A stretch of DNA of 64,000 nucleotides from a virus (lineage: Duplodnaviria > Caudoviricetes). Each line of letters starts with the position of its first letter. Positions within the stretch are counted from its first letter, which is position 1. Position numbers and translations under genes: made by a program. The notes under the pieces are model-generated. The model saw only the letters and a program-made list of their open reading frames with translations. It did not search any database and was not told the DNA's origin. The stretch lies in IMG/VR virus record IMGVR_UViG_3300042883_001293. The stretch is one strand, 5' to 3'. Below are positions 7,590-16,370 of the stretch, in pieces.

Positions 7590-8921
7590 ATGAAATTAAA
7601 CCTTTTCATTTTAGGAGAAGAACAAGCGTCTCTTGAAATTATGACGGTTATATCTTGGTGGATTAAATCTCCTTTGAGTGTAGATGTTAATAAAGTAAGG
7701 TTTATTCCTGTTCCGATTTATGGCAACCTTTTCTTCAAAATTGAGGGAGTTGCTCTTGAACAATATCATTCTGTTTATTATGGAATTATATCAAAAACTG
7801 GTAATAGTTTTGTAGATTATCTCATATACGAAGGTAATACTATTCCTGAAGAGGATTCTCTTCCTGTTGCTGCACTAGAAGCAACTAAGAATGACGGAAA
7901 AGAATCTGGAAATATGTCAGATCAACGTGCTGGTAAAAGTATTGCTCTTCGTTCTAAGTGGGAAAATATTCCATTTGGTTACTTGATCAATCACCCAAAC
8001 CCAATTAGCAAAACTGTTAAAACTTTTGGTTTGGGTCATAACTGTGCATTTGCTACTATGAAAGCACTTAGAACTGATGTTATTATTGCACAAACAGACA
8101 AAGTAGAATTCAAGAAATATGACAATCCTATCACTTATGATTCCATTGAGAGTGTCATTGTAGCAGAAAATTCCAAACAGAAAAGGGCAGGAACTCCTTG
8201 TAGGGTGAATCGTGTTGGAAATAAGATTCAAATTCAGGCAAAATTGATTAAAAATGGTGGTAAACATGATCCTAGTGAAGGATATGTTGCTAGTCGTGCA
8301 TGTTTAATTCGACATCTTGATTCAAATATTACGATTGAAATTGTCAATCACCAGCAGGACCTTCGTTACTTTCAGAGAAAGAACAATAAATTTATCAATT
8401 GCTTAAAGAAAGTTGGTGTTACTGTCATATTTGACGATTCTTCTTATGTAATTGAGCGTGAAGATAATGTGTATGAGAAATCTTATTGGAGATACTCAAA
8501 AACTGGTGAGAAAATGTGCAGCATTGTGTTAGAGCACATTTTGATTAGTAAAGGGCACCAAATTATTTTTACGAATCATGCTGGTTGTGGTAAATCGTGG
8601 AAAAAAATCAATGGAGAATACTTCCCGACCAAGAAATCGAAAGGTATTCCCGACCTCGTATCTTACAATCCCACAAATGCAACTCTGTATGTAATTGAGG
8701 CAGAAACCACTAAAAACTATAAAAAAGGATTGGCACAGGTGCGTGATCAAAACTTTGATACTTTTATTGAAAGGGAATTTCTTCCACACTTCCCAAAAGA
8801 TACTAAAGTTTTGAAGTATCTCTGCACTTATGGACAATATAATCAAGAACCAGAGGTTCTGTTCAACTTGACAGGGGACTTTCAAATGAATTATAATGAG
8901 AATGCTGAGGTGATTCAATGA
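7590..8921 (+). CDS. putative restriction endonuclease with two PD-(D/E)xK-like motifs
   Basis: N-terminal VDYLIY...LEATK...ESGN..DQR; C-terminal E...IPDLV...IEAE...GLAQ; coupled (ATGA) to two MTases. Confidence 0.55.
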   Translation: MKLNLFILGEEQASLEIMTVISWWIKSPLSVDVNKVRFIPVPIYGNLFFKIEGVALEQYHSVYYGIISKTGNSFVDYLIYEGNTIPEEDSLPVAALEATKNDGKESGNMSDQRAGKSIALRSKWENIPFGYLINHPNPISKTVKTFGLGHNCAFATMKALRTDVIIAQTDKVEFKKYDNPITYDSIESVIVAENSKQKRAGTPCRVNRVGNKIQIQAKLIKNGGKHDPSEGYVASRACLIRHLDSNITIEIVNHQQDLRYFQRKNNKFINCLKKVGVTVIFDDSSYVIEREDNVYEKSYWRYSKTGEKMCSIVLEHILISKGHQIIFTNHAGCGKSWKKINGEYFPTKKSKGIPDLVSYNPTNATLYVIEAETTKNYKKGLAQVRDQNFDTFIEREFLPHFPKDTKVLKYLCTYGQYNQEPEVLFNLTGDFQMNYNENAEVIQ

Positions 8922-9886
8922 GATACATTGGTAACAAAACTAAATTACTTGATTTTATTCATGGAGAGATTCAGTCTGTCTGTGGAGATATCTCTACGTC
9001 TAAATTTTGTGATTTGTTTTCTGGATCTGGTTCTGTAGCAAGATATTTTAAGCAGCATTGTGCCGAAGTTATTGCTAATGATCTTGAAGATTATAGTTAC
9101 GTTTTGTGTCAAAATTATATTGGTAATAATGAGGTGTTTGAATATCAAAAATTGATCGATTACCTTAATAGTCTTCCTGGAGTAAAAGGAAGGTTCTATG
9201 AAAACTTTTCTCCAGCAGCAGGACGCTCATTTTTCACAGAGCATAATGCACAAAAGATTGACGCAATCCGAATGGAGATTGAGAATCTTAATTTACCCAA
9301 AAATCAATACTATTTTTCCCTTGCTTCATTGATAGAAACTGCAGATTCATATGCTAATACCACTGGTGTTTATGGAGCATACTTAAAGAGTTTTAACGCC
9401 AGATCTAGTAAAAATATGAGTTTAGTTGCTCACCCTCATGTTCCTGGCGGAATAGGTAAGGTCTATAAGAAAAACGCAAACGATCTTATTCATGAGATTA
9501 ATGGAGATATTCTTTATCTTGATCCTCCATATAACACTAGACAGTATGGTGCCAATTATCACATTCCAAATTACATTGTAAATTACTTTGATTTTGATTA
9601 CAATCAAGACTCAAAGACTGCTCTTGGAACTTACAATAAATCTGAGTTTTCGCAAAAGAAGTCCGTTAAGATTGCATTCGAAGATTTGATATCTAATGCA
9701 AAATATAACTATATCTTTGTTTCGTACAATAATGAAGGTATTCTTTCCTTTGCTGATATTGAGAAGATCATGACGAAATATGGGAAATATGATCTTAAAG
9801 AAAAGGAGCACAAAAGATACAAATCAAATACAAACAATTTGCAACAATCAAAAGTAGTTGAACACCTTCACGTATTGATAAAATGA
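8918..9886 (+). CDS. N6-adenine DNA methyltransferase, D12 class (M.NlaIII / N-half of M.FokI type)
   Basis: MRYIGNK, DLFSGSG (motif I), GVYGAYLK, LYLDPPYNTRQY (motif IV), SYNNEG. Confidence 0.9.
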   Translation: MRYIGNKTKLLDFIHGEIQSVCGDISTSKFCDLFSGSGSVARYFKQHCAEVIANDLEDYSYVLCQNYIGNNEVFEYQKLIDYLNSLPGVKGRFYENFSPAAGRSFFTEHNAQKIDAIRMEIENLNLPKNQYYFSLASLIETADSYANTTGVYGAYLKSFNARSSKNMSLVAHPHVPGGIGKVYKKNANDLIHEINGDILYLDPPYNTRQYGANYHIPNYIVNYFDFDYNQDSKTALGTYNKSEFSQKKSVKIAFEDLISNAKYNYIFVSYNNEGILSFADIEKIMTKYGKYDLKEKEHKRYKSNTNNLQQSKVVEHLHVLIK

Positions 9887-10824
9887 CTTTTACAGAATTT
9901 GTGCTATCTCATGAGATAGTTAAGAATCCCAAAGTTAAAACAAGAACAAATACTGCTTCTCCATTTATTCAGTGGGTTGGAGGAAAACGTTCTCTGATAG
10001 AGAAATATAATCCTTTTATACCAATAGAATTTAATCGTTATTTTGAACCATTTTTGGGTGGTGGTGCAATGTTTTATCATATGCACTCCAAATATGGAAA
10101 TACAAAAGAATACTTTCTTTCCGATTTAAACGAAGAACTTATTTTAGTTTATAATACTGTAGTTTCAAATCCAAATGAAATTGTACAATTAATTAATTAC
10201 ATGAGCGTAAGACACTCTAAGGAGTTTTATTATTCTGTACGCAATTATGATAGGATTGAATTGGCACCTAAGAAATATCAAAAGAATTTTGATATTATTC
10301 AAGTTCTGACTCCAATAGAAGTTGCTGCAAGATTTATCTATTTGAATCTAACATGCTTTAATGCATTGTATAGAGTCAACAAAGATAATTTGTTTAATGT
10401 GCCAATCGGAACTTCACTTAAAAAAGACATATCTGATAATGGATTATTAAAAGCATGTTCTGAAGTTTTATGTAATGCAACAATCAAATATCAATCTTAC
10501 CAATCTATGACACCAGAGAAAGGTGATTTTGTATTTCTTGATCCACCTTATGCACCAATTTCTGCAACTTCAGATTTTACTTCTTATACTACAGAAGGTT
10601 TTGGGTTAGAGAATCAAAAGGAGTTGAAAGAGTATTGTGATAATTTAAATTCCAAAGGTGTAAAGTTTATTCTTGCAAATTCTAACTGCGAATTTATCCG
10701 TGAATTATATAAAAATTATACACAACACACTTTTTCATTGAATAGAACACTGAATTCAAAAAAGGAATTGAGAAAGCAAACCACAGATAATGAGATTATG
10801 GTGACTAATTGTGACACTATTTGA
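9883..10824 (+). CDS. N6-adenine DNA methyltransferase, Dam/DpnM family
   Basis: WVGGK, EPFLGGGA (motif I), FLDPPY (motif IV); specificity not determinable. Confidence 0.9.
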   Translation: MTFTEFVLSHEIVKNPKVKTRTNTASPFIQWVGGKRSLIEKYNPFIPIEFNRYFEPFLGGGAMFYHMHSKYGNTKEYFLSDLNEELILVYNTVVSNPNEIVQLINYMSVRHSKEFYYSVRNYDRIELAPKKYQKNFDIIQVLTPIEVAARFIYLNLTCFNALYRVNKDNLFNVPIGTSLKKDISDNGLLKACSEVLCNATIKYQSYQSMTPEKGDFVFLDPPYAPISATSDFTSYTTEGFGLENQKELKEYCDNLNSKGVKFILANSNCEFIRELYKNYTQHTFSLNRTLNSKKELRKQTTDNEIMVTNCDTI

Positions 10825-10893
10825 ACTGTCCACTCTGCCCTCGACTCTGCCCCACTCTGCCCTATACTAAAAAGGTAATCAACGAAACGCCTC
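10811..10893 (+). promoter_or_regulatory. early promoter cassette (dyad, TATACT, GGTAATCAAC leader)
   Basis: GTGACA-N10-TGTCCA 10811-10832; TATACT 10863; leader shared with 12372, 15777 and 17401. Confidence 0.7.
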
Positions 10894-11307
10894 ATGGCAA
10901 CCCGCTCCCGCATTGGTATCGAACTCGCTGATGGTTCTATTCTTTCTGCGTATTCTCATTGGGATGGTTATCCTGAATGGATGGGACGCATTCTTCGCAC
11001 TCACTATAACACCAAAGAGAAAGTAGCAGAACTGATTGATGGTGGTGATATGAGTTCTCCTTGGACTACTTCCCGTTGGGATACTAAACTCAACGAAGAG
11101 TATGGTCCCGAATACTATTCTCAACGTGGTGAGAATTGCCCTCCTCGCCTTGATGCTGATCTGGGTGAGTATCTGCTCCCCGATAATAGTGAAGAGTATG
11201 CTTATGTCTTCCGTAATGGTGAATGGGTGTGCTACAATATGAATCAGTTTGACGATTCAAAACTCCCTGAAATCGTTGAAATCCCTTCTGCTGCTCTTGC
11301 TGTTTGA
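10894..11307 (+). CDS. conserved phage hypothetical protein (HWDGYP family)
   Basis: MATRSRIG...YSHWDGYPEW motif. Confidence 0.8.
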   Translation: MATRSRIGIELADGSILSAYSHWDGYPEWMGRILRTHYNTKEKVAELIDGGDMSSPWTTSRWDTKLNEEYGPEYYSQRGENCPPRLDADLGEYLLPDNSEEYAYVFRNGEWVCYNMNQFDDSKLPEIVEIPSAALAV

Positions 11308-11522
11308 TAATGATTGATCAAAAACCTGTCACGATGGAATTCACTTTTGAAGAGCATGATTTTCTGAATGACATCTTGTGCCATGCATCAGACGGAATAT
11401 ATGTGGCATGTCCAAATCTTCATGAAATGCCAGAAGACTCTGAAATTCGCCAACGTTTTAGAATGCTTGAACAAATGAGGCATAAATCTAATCAACTTTG
11501 GAAAAACCGTTTTGATAAATGA
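11304..11522 (+). CDS. hypothetical protein
   Basis: 72 aa ORF. Confidence 0.65.
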   Translation: MIMIDQKPVTMEFTFEEHDFLNDILCHASDGIYVACPNLHEMPEDSEIRQRFRMLEQMRHKSNQLWKNRFDK

Positions 11523-11794
11523 CTATGAAATTCACTGATCTTGATTTCCATTCACACAACATTATGCCAGATGGTATTGCTGCACGACACTTTTTTCAGA
11601 ATGGATATGGTATGAGCGTGGTGAGTTTTCCTGGTTCATATGGTGCCGAAGAAGGACTGTATGAGGTGGCAATTCTCAAAGGACTTGAAGAGGACTGGGA
11701 AATCTGCTATGATACTCCCGTCACGGATGATGTAATTGGTTATCAATCCGTGGAGGATATTGATAATCTTCTTTCACAAGTTGAATCTCTTTAA
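11519..11794 (+). CDS. conserved phage hypothetical protein
   Basis: NGYGMSVV...GLYEVAIL...TPVTDDVIGY motif. Confidence 0.75.
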   Translation: MTMKFTDLDFHSHNIMPDGIAARHFFQNGYGMSVVSFPGSYGAEEGLYEVAILKGLEEDWEICYDTPVTDDVIGYQSVEDIDNLLSQVESL

Positions 11795-11796
11795 TT

Positions 11797-12330
11797 ATGA
11801 CACAACAATTTAATATTGGTGATATTGTCACCAAAAAACATGGTAAAAAACCTGCTGAAATTGTCAGTAAAGGTTGGTATACGTCAGATTCTTGGACTTG
11901 TCGGTATCTTCATTCCAAACAATCTTTTACTGAATATGCATCTGATCTAAAACTTTACGATGAGGAAACTGAAATGACTGCTGACACTAAAACTCTCTAT
12001 TCTTTCACTGTTGATGGTGCTGTTGCCTATGGCACTCACATCGGCACTAACAGTAGCAACCAATACCTGATTGAAGAAAAAGGTACTGGTAAGATTCACG
12101 TCTTTGATAAGAAAGACCTGGAAGAAGTTGTGCCTTATACTTTCAGTGCAACTATGGGTGGTAAAGAAACCCATTATGTTGGTACTCCTGGTGCTCTGAA
12201 CAAAGGTGATGTGCTACTCTACACTGGTTCCAGCACTCCCCAGGTTGCCGTGGTAACTGGTGTGGATACCAAGAACAAAAGCGCCCGATCCAAGTTCAAG
12301 GGTGCTAAACTGGTGACTGAGGCAATCTGA
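11797..12330 (+). CDS. hypothetical protein with SH3/KOW-like N-terminus
   Basis: FNIGDIVTKK start; 177 aa. Confidence 0.7.
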   Translation: MTQQFNIGDIVTKKHGKKPAEIVSKGWYTSDSWTCRYLHSKQSFTEYASDLKLYDEETEMTADTKTLYSFTVDGAVAYGTHIGTNSSNQYLIEEKGTGKIHVFDKKDLEEVVPYTFSATMGGKETHYVGTPGALNKGDVLLYTGSSTPQVAVVTGVDTKNKSARSKFKGAKLVTEAI

Positions 12331-12400
12331 AAACTGGCACAGGGGCACTTCACAGGTGCCCTTTGATGCCTTATAATACACAGGTAATCAACGAAATCCA
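12319..12400 (+). promoter_or_regulatory. early promoter cassette
   Basis: GAGGCA-N10-TGGCAC, 8 nt, TTCACA (in loop of GGGCAC/GTGCCC hairpin)-17-TATAAT 12372. Confidence 0.75.
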
Positions 12401-12580
12401 ATGAAACTTGTCGGTCTTGCTTTTGGTGTAATTGTCCTTGCTGTTGCAGGACTATTCTTTGAAGCATGGTTGCTTGGAGTGATTCTGTCTTGGTTTGGTG
12501 TGACACTGACATTCTGGCAGAACTTTGCCATTATCTTCCTTGCTAATCTTATTTTCAAGTCTAACGTATCTTCTAAATGA
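12401..12580 (+). CDS. small two-TM membrane protein (59 aa, missed by track)
   Basis: MKLVGLAFGVIVLAVAGLFFEAWLLGVILSWFGVTLTFWQNFAIIFLANLIFKSNVSSK. Confidence 0.75.
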   Translation: MKLVGLAFGVIVLAVAGLFFEAWLLGVILSWFGVTLTFWQNFAIIFLANLIFKSNVSSK

Positions 12581-12882
12581 AACCTCTTCTTGCTATTGTA
12601 GGTGGTGTTGCTCTTCTTTGGGGTATTGCCTACCACCAACTTATCTTCACTGCGTTCTTTGGACCTAAGTTTGAGAATGTTCGCAGGAATACTTTTGAGC
12701 AATCAAAGTCTTTCCGAACTGGTGCTGTTCAAGAACTGCAAAATATGCAGTTTGAATACATCAAAGCATCACCTGAACATAAGAAAGCACTTGCTGATAT
12801 TATTCGGCATCGTGCTACTGAAGTTCCTGCCGATGCTATGCCTTCTGACCTCCAATCTTTTATCTCTAATCTTCCTAACTGA
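12577..12882 (+). CDS. membrane-anchored protein
   Basis: N-terminal hydrophobic helix; ATGA overlap. Confidence 0.8.
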   Translation: MKPLLAIVGGVALLWGIAYHQLIFTAFFGPKFENVRRNTFEQSKSFRTGAVQELQNMQFEYIKASPEHKKALADIIRHRATEVPADAMPSDLQSFISNLPN

Positions 12883-12884
12883 TT

Positions 12885-13370
12885 ATGAAACCTTTTGTTG
12901 CTCTTGCTTCAATCGCACTTTTGAGTGTAACTCTTGTTGGTTGTGAAGAATATGGAGATTCTGATGATAAGCAACGTGCTCAACAAGAACGCATTCTACA
13001 AGAAGGCACATCACAAACTGGTATGCCTGCCATCAAGAACTTTCGTGAACGCAAACTCTTGAAGCAAATTATTGAGATGCGTGACCAGGATGGTTTGGTG
13101 ACTTATACTTATACTGTTCCTGAAACTACTGGTCGTCCAGTGTTCCTGTGCAACTCTATTGGTTATGGTCTGCCTGCTGCAACACAATATACCAGCCCAG
13201 AAAAAGTAGAGTATCAGGGAACAACTCTTCCACAGGCAGATCCTAATGGTCTCTTCTCTCCTGATAGTGCTGAAGGAACTTGGGTGATGTGTTCTGATCC
13301 TAGTGGTAGTGGTAAGACCCGCCCTGTTTATGTTGAACCTCGTATTATTGTTTCTCCCTTTAAACTCTGA
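12885..13370 (+). CDS. lipoprotein
   Basis: signal peptide with lipobox LVG-C. Confidence 0.8.
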   Translation: MKPFVALASIALLSVTLVGCEEYGDSDDKQRAQQERILQEGTSQTGMPAIKNFRERKLLKQIIEMRDQDGLVTYTYTVPETTGRPVFLCNSIGYGLPAATQYTSPEKVEYQGTTLPQADPNGLFSPDSAEGTWVMCSDPSGSGKTRPVYVEPRIIVSPFKL

Positions 13371-13375
13371 CTATT

Positions 13376-13783
13376 ATGCAACAAGATAATACTATGCGTA
13401 ACGCCACAATTATTGGTGTTTCGTTCATTCTCTCTCTGTTTATTATCAACGCAGTGGTTGGTCCTCTCTATAATGTGTGGGCACAATCACTACAAGGTAA
13501 GGCAGAACTGCAAAAGGCAGAATATACTCGCCAGGTTGCAGTTCTGGAAGCACAAGCAAAGAAAGATTCTGCACAACAACTTGCTGATGCTGAGGTGATT
13601 CGTGCCACTGGTGTTGCCAAAGCAAACCAAATCATTGGTAATTCGTTGAAAGACAACCGTGAGTATCTGCAATACCTGTATATCACTGGTCTGGAAGAAG
13701 GATCCAACAAAGGTAATGTGACGATCTATGTTCCTACGGAGAATGGTCTTCCTGTGCCAACTCTCTCCTACGATAGGAAATAA
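13376..13783 (+). CDS. membrane protein with SPFH/prohibitin-like C-terminal coiled coil
   Basis: TM helix then AE...AQAK...A.AEVIRATGVAKANQII..SL..EYLQYL. Confidence 0.65.
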   Translation: MQQDNTMRNATIIGVSFILSLFIINAVVGPLYNVWAQSLQGKAELQKAEYTRQVAVLEAQAKKDSAQQLADAEVIRATGVAKANQIIGNSLKDNREYLQYLYITGLEEGSNKGNVTIYVPTENGLPVPTLSYDRK

Positions 13784-13792
13784 ATAATAATA

Positions 13793-13844
13793 CCTGATTT
13801 GACCGCAATCTATCAGGATGGAGGAGAGAAATCTCCTCCTTTTT
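13793..13844 (+). terminator. two-hairpin element ending in an intrinsic terminator (possible ~50 nt late sRNA)
   Basis: CCTGAT/ATCAGG hairpin; GGAGGAGA-GAAA-TCTCCTCC plus T run; ATAAATA just upstream. Confidence 0.65.
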
Positions 13845-13846
13845 AA

Positions 13847-13854
13847 TATAAATA
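13847..13854 (+). promoter_or_regulatory. late promoter of the GIY-YIG gene
   Basis: TATAAATA exact T4 late consensus. Confidence 0.75.
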
Positions 13855-13878
13855 TATGTGCGGTCAAATTAGAGTAGA

Positions 13879-14454
13879 ATGAAAGGCACTATCTATTGTG
13901 TCCATTGTATTTCAACAGGAAAGAAATACATAGGACAAACAATACAAAAATTACAATACAGAATAAATGACCACTTTTGTAGGTCTTCTAACTCACAATA
14001 TAAATTCCATCGTGCTATAAAAAAGTATGGTAAAAATAACTTCATTTATGGTGTGATTGAAGAATGTGATTTTGAATTGATAAACGAAAAAGAAATGTAT
14101 TGGATAAGAATTTATGATACATTTAAGAATGGATATAATAGTGATACTGGTGGAATGAATGGTAGGTTGCTTTCAGAAGAAACTAAAAGTAAAATACAAA
14201 AGAAAGCACATAAACAAAACAACCCAAGATATGGAGTAAAACTTGATAATGATTTGAAGGAAAAAATAAGAGAATCAAATGCAGATTATGAATATTGTAT
14301 AGTGGAACTTGAAAACAACATCACACATAAAACAAACAGTTTAAGAGATTTTTGTAAAAGATATGATTTAAAAAGAGCAAATCTAACAAGAACTTTTACT
14401 GGAAAATATAAACAGCATAAAGGTTTTAGAATGGTAAGTAAGGTGCCACTTTAA
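13879..14454 (+). mobile_element. free-standing GIY-YIG homing endonuclease (Seg-like) with NUMOD3 and HTH tail
   Basis: GTIY...KYIGQT...R..DH...E..WI...GYN; LSEETKSKI repeat; C-terminal SLRDFCKRYDL. Confidence 0.85.
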
Positions 14455-14501
14455 GAACTGGCACACTACACTCCCACAAGACCCTCCTAATGCACTATAA
14501 T
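14443..14501 (+). promoter_or_regulatory. early promoter cassette
   Basis: GTGCCA-N10-TGGCAC 14443-14464; TATAAT 14496. Confidence 0.7.
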
Positions 14502-14523
14502 ACATTCATACAAAACAAACCCA

Positions 14524-14667
14524 ATGACTGACCCACAAATCACTGACGAACAAATCAAAAAGATTTTTGAAGACTTTTGTGAGGAAGATGGTACTATGGA
14601 CTTTGGAAACTTTCGTATGGCAGTAAGAAAAGTACAACATACAATCGGACAAAATGCACTCAAATGA
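14524..14667 (+). CDS. hypothetical protein (47 aa, missed by track)
   Basis: MTDPQITDEQIKKIFEDFCEEDGTMDF... Confidence 0.55.
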   Translation: MTDPQITDEQIKKIFEDFCEEDGTMDFGNFRMAVRKVQHTIGQNALK

Positions 14668-14707
14668 CCGAAGGTGGGATGCCTGTTCCCACTTTGCAAA
14701 TGAACAA

Positions 14708-14765
14708 GTGACACTTTGATTAGTGGCACACTAGGGCATCTGGAGCGATCTGAATGCCCTATAAT
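14708..14765 (+). promoter_or_regulatory. early promoter cassette
   Basis: GTGACA-N10-TGGCAC 14708-14729; TATAAT 14760. Confidence 0.7.
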
Positions 14766-14790
14766 ACTTTCATACACAAGGGAACACCCC

Positions 14791-15240
14791 ATGAGCACCA
14801 CGACCTTCGCTGATTACGCTGCTGCTTCTGAGGCACGTAAGGACATTGCTGCTGCTGTTCTGTCGCATACCTATGCTCTCTGTGAGGCATTGCGCCAGAA
14901 CTTCATTGATTATTCTATTCGTAGTCATCAGAAGTTTGTTGATGATGCCGATACTCATGAGTATCATCAGAAACAAATTGATAAACTGAAGCAAGGCACT
15001 TGTGATTATGATTATGATTTCTACCCTGAAACGGGTCGCAAGTATCATAAGATCATTATGAATGCGAATGGTAGCAGAAGCGTTCATTGCTTTATCGACA
15101 AGAAAACAGGACAAATTTACAAAAGCGCCAGTTGGAAAGCACCTGCCAAAGGTGTTCGGTATGATCTTCGCATTATTGAGCAACGTGAATGGTTGTTTGA
15201 GAATGCCGATTGGTCTGGTGGATACTTGTACGCAAAATGA
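14791..15240 (+). CDS. conserved phage early protein
   Basis: GRKYHKI...SVHCFIDKKTGQIYKSASWKAPAKGVRY motif; ATG 14791. Confidence 0.8.
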   Translation: MSTTTFADYAAASEARKDIAAAVLSHTYALCEALRQNFIDYSIRSHQKFVDDADTHEYHQKQIDKLKQGTCDYDYDFYPETGRKYHKIIMNANGSRSVHCFIDKKTGQIYKSASWKAPAKGVRYDLRIIEQREWLFENADWSGGYLYAK

Positions 15241-15304
15241 ATATGACATCAACTGATAAACTTATCTTTGTTTCTTCGTTCATTTGGTTTTTGCACTGGG
15301 GTCA

Positions 15305-15781
15305 ATGTCTGTTCTTAAAATTAGCGGATACGGTTATCACAAGCGCACCTGTGAGGATGTTGCCTCTTGGTTTCTGAATAAGTTCTTTCCACGACATAAA
15401 ATCTATGTGGAGATTGTACATCGTGGATTGAGGCGTGAGGGTGTTCATGGATGGTGCGATGTACTGGAAGGAACCTATCGCCCCAGAGAGTTCATTATTG
15501 AACTGAATACCCATATGCATGAAGAGTTGTATATAAAAACTCTTTTGCACGAACTGACGCACTTGCGGCAGTGGGTGGTGGGTTCTCTCCGCCAGAAACG
15601 TGGAAAAATGTATTATGGTAAAGAATGCGTTGAAGATATTGAGTATTGGTTTCAACCACATGAAATAGAGGCACGGGAGCAAGAAGAAACACTATATCTG
15701 GAGTACCTGCTGGAAACACGGGGTGTGCCAGTCCCACAAGTGGTACATTTCTTTCCCAACCGCCTGCTGCAGGCAGTATAA
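15305..15781 (+). CDS. HExxH metallopeptidase-like protein
   Basis: TLLHELTHLRQW and PHEIEA. Confidence 0.7.
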   Translation: MSVLKISGYGYHKRTCEDVASWFLNKFFPRHKIYVEIVHRGLRREGVHGWCDVLEGTYRPREFIIELNTHMHEELYIKTLLHELTHLRQWVVGSLRQKRGKMYYGKECVEDIEYWFQPHEIEAREQEETLYLEYLLETRGVPVPQVVHFFPNRLLQAV

Positions 15782-15805
15782 TTACAAGGTAATCAACAAA
15801 CGCTC

Positions 15806-16003
15806 ATGATCACACGCCAGTAAATGATTGCAAACATCGAAAAAATGGTTGAAGCAAACAAATTGTATCATTCCATGGATAATGAGGATCAACAAGAACT
15901 TCTTGAAAATTTCTACTCTGAAGATTGTCACGGTAATATTTCTTGGGATGATTATGTGTTTTCAAATTGCTTTCTGAACGAACTCACCGAAGGTAACAAC
16001 TGA
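15806..16003 (+). CDS. small ORF with in-frame TAA after codon 5 and immediate ATG restart (15824)
   Basis: ATG ATC ACA CGC CAG TAA ATG ATT GCA...; preceded by promoter cassette 15725-15782. Confidence 0.55.
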
Positions 16004-16005
16004 TC

Positions 16006-16164
16006 ATGATTACCGACACCACTCAAGACAAGCAGATTCGCCGCTCTATTCTGAAAGCAGTTGAATCCATGGATCTGCGCCTGCTGCAACGTATTGCTTA
16101 TGAGGTACGTTGCGAAGAAATGGGTATTTACCCTGATGGTTGGAAACTTTACCCCGAAAACTGA
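16006..16164 (+). CDS. hypothetical protein (52 aa, missed by track)
   Basis: MITDTTQDKQIRRSILKAVESMDLRLLQRIAYEVRCEEMG... Confidence 0.65.
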   Translation: MITDTTQDKQIRRSILKAVESMDLRLLQRIAYEVRCEEMGIYPDGWKLYPEN

Positions 16165-16166
16165 TC

Positions 16167-16370
16167 ATGCAACTCTCTGCTCAATCTGTCTCCAAGATCG
16201 CTGATGCACTCAAACCAGCAGTGTTTGAGTACATCTATGCTGATGAAGGATTTGTTGAATATATGCAAACTGCTGTAGTTGATGCAATTCGAACCACAAT
16301 GGGTGATATGGACGAAGATTTACTTTTTGAACTAGGTATGTTAATCTTTGATAGGATCGAACTGAAATAA
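16167..16370 (+). CDS. hypothetical protein
   Basis: ORF track 16140..16370; ATG 16167. Confidence 0.7.
   Translation: MQLSAQSVSKIADALKPAVFEYIYADEGFVEYMQTAVVDAIRTTMGDMDEDLLFELGMLIFDRIELK

Noticed and set aside
8570-8600. Walker A motif in the 443-aa protein (NHAGCGKS)
   Set aside because: Lacks the G/A five residues before GK and no Walker B follows; sits within a nuclease-like context
13879-14454. Group I intron housing the GIY-YIG gene
   Set aside because: No interrupted host gene flanks it; it has its own late promoter and is free-standing
5351-15823. Stop-codon reassignment suggested by two in-frame TAA codons
   Set aside because: TAA terminates many genes normally and long genes are uninterrupted in the standard code; isolated mutations or errors suffice
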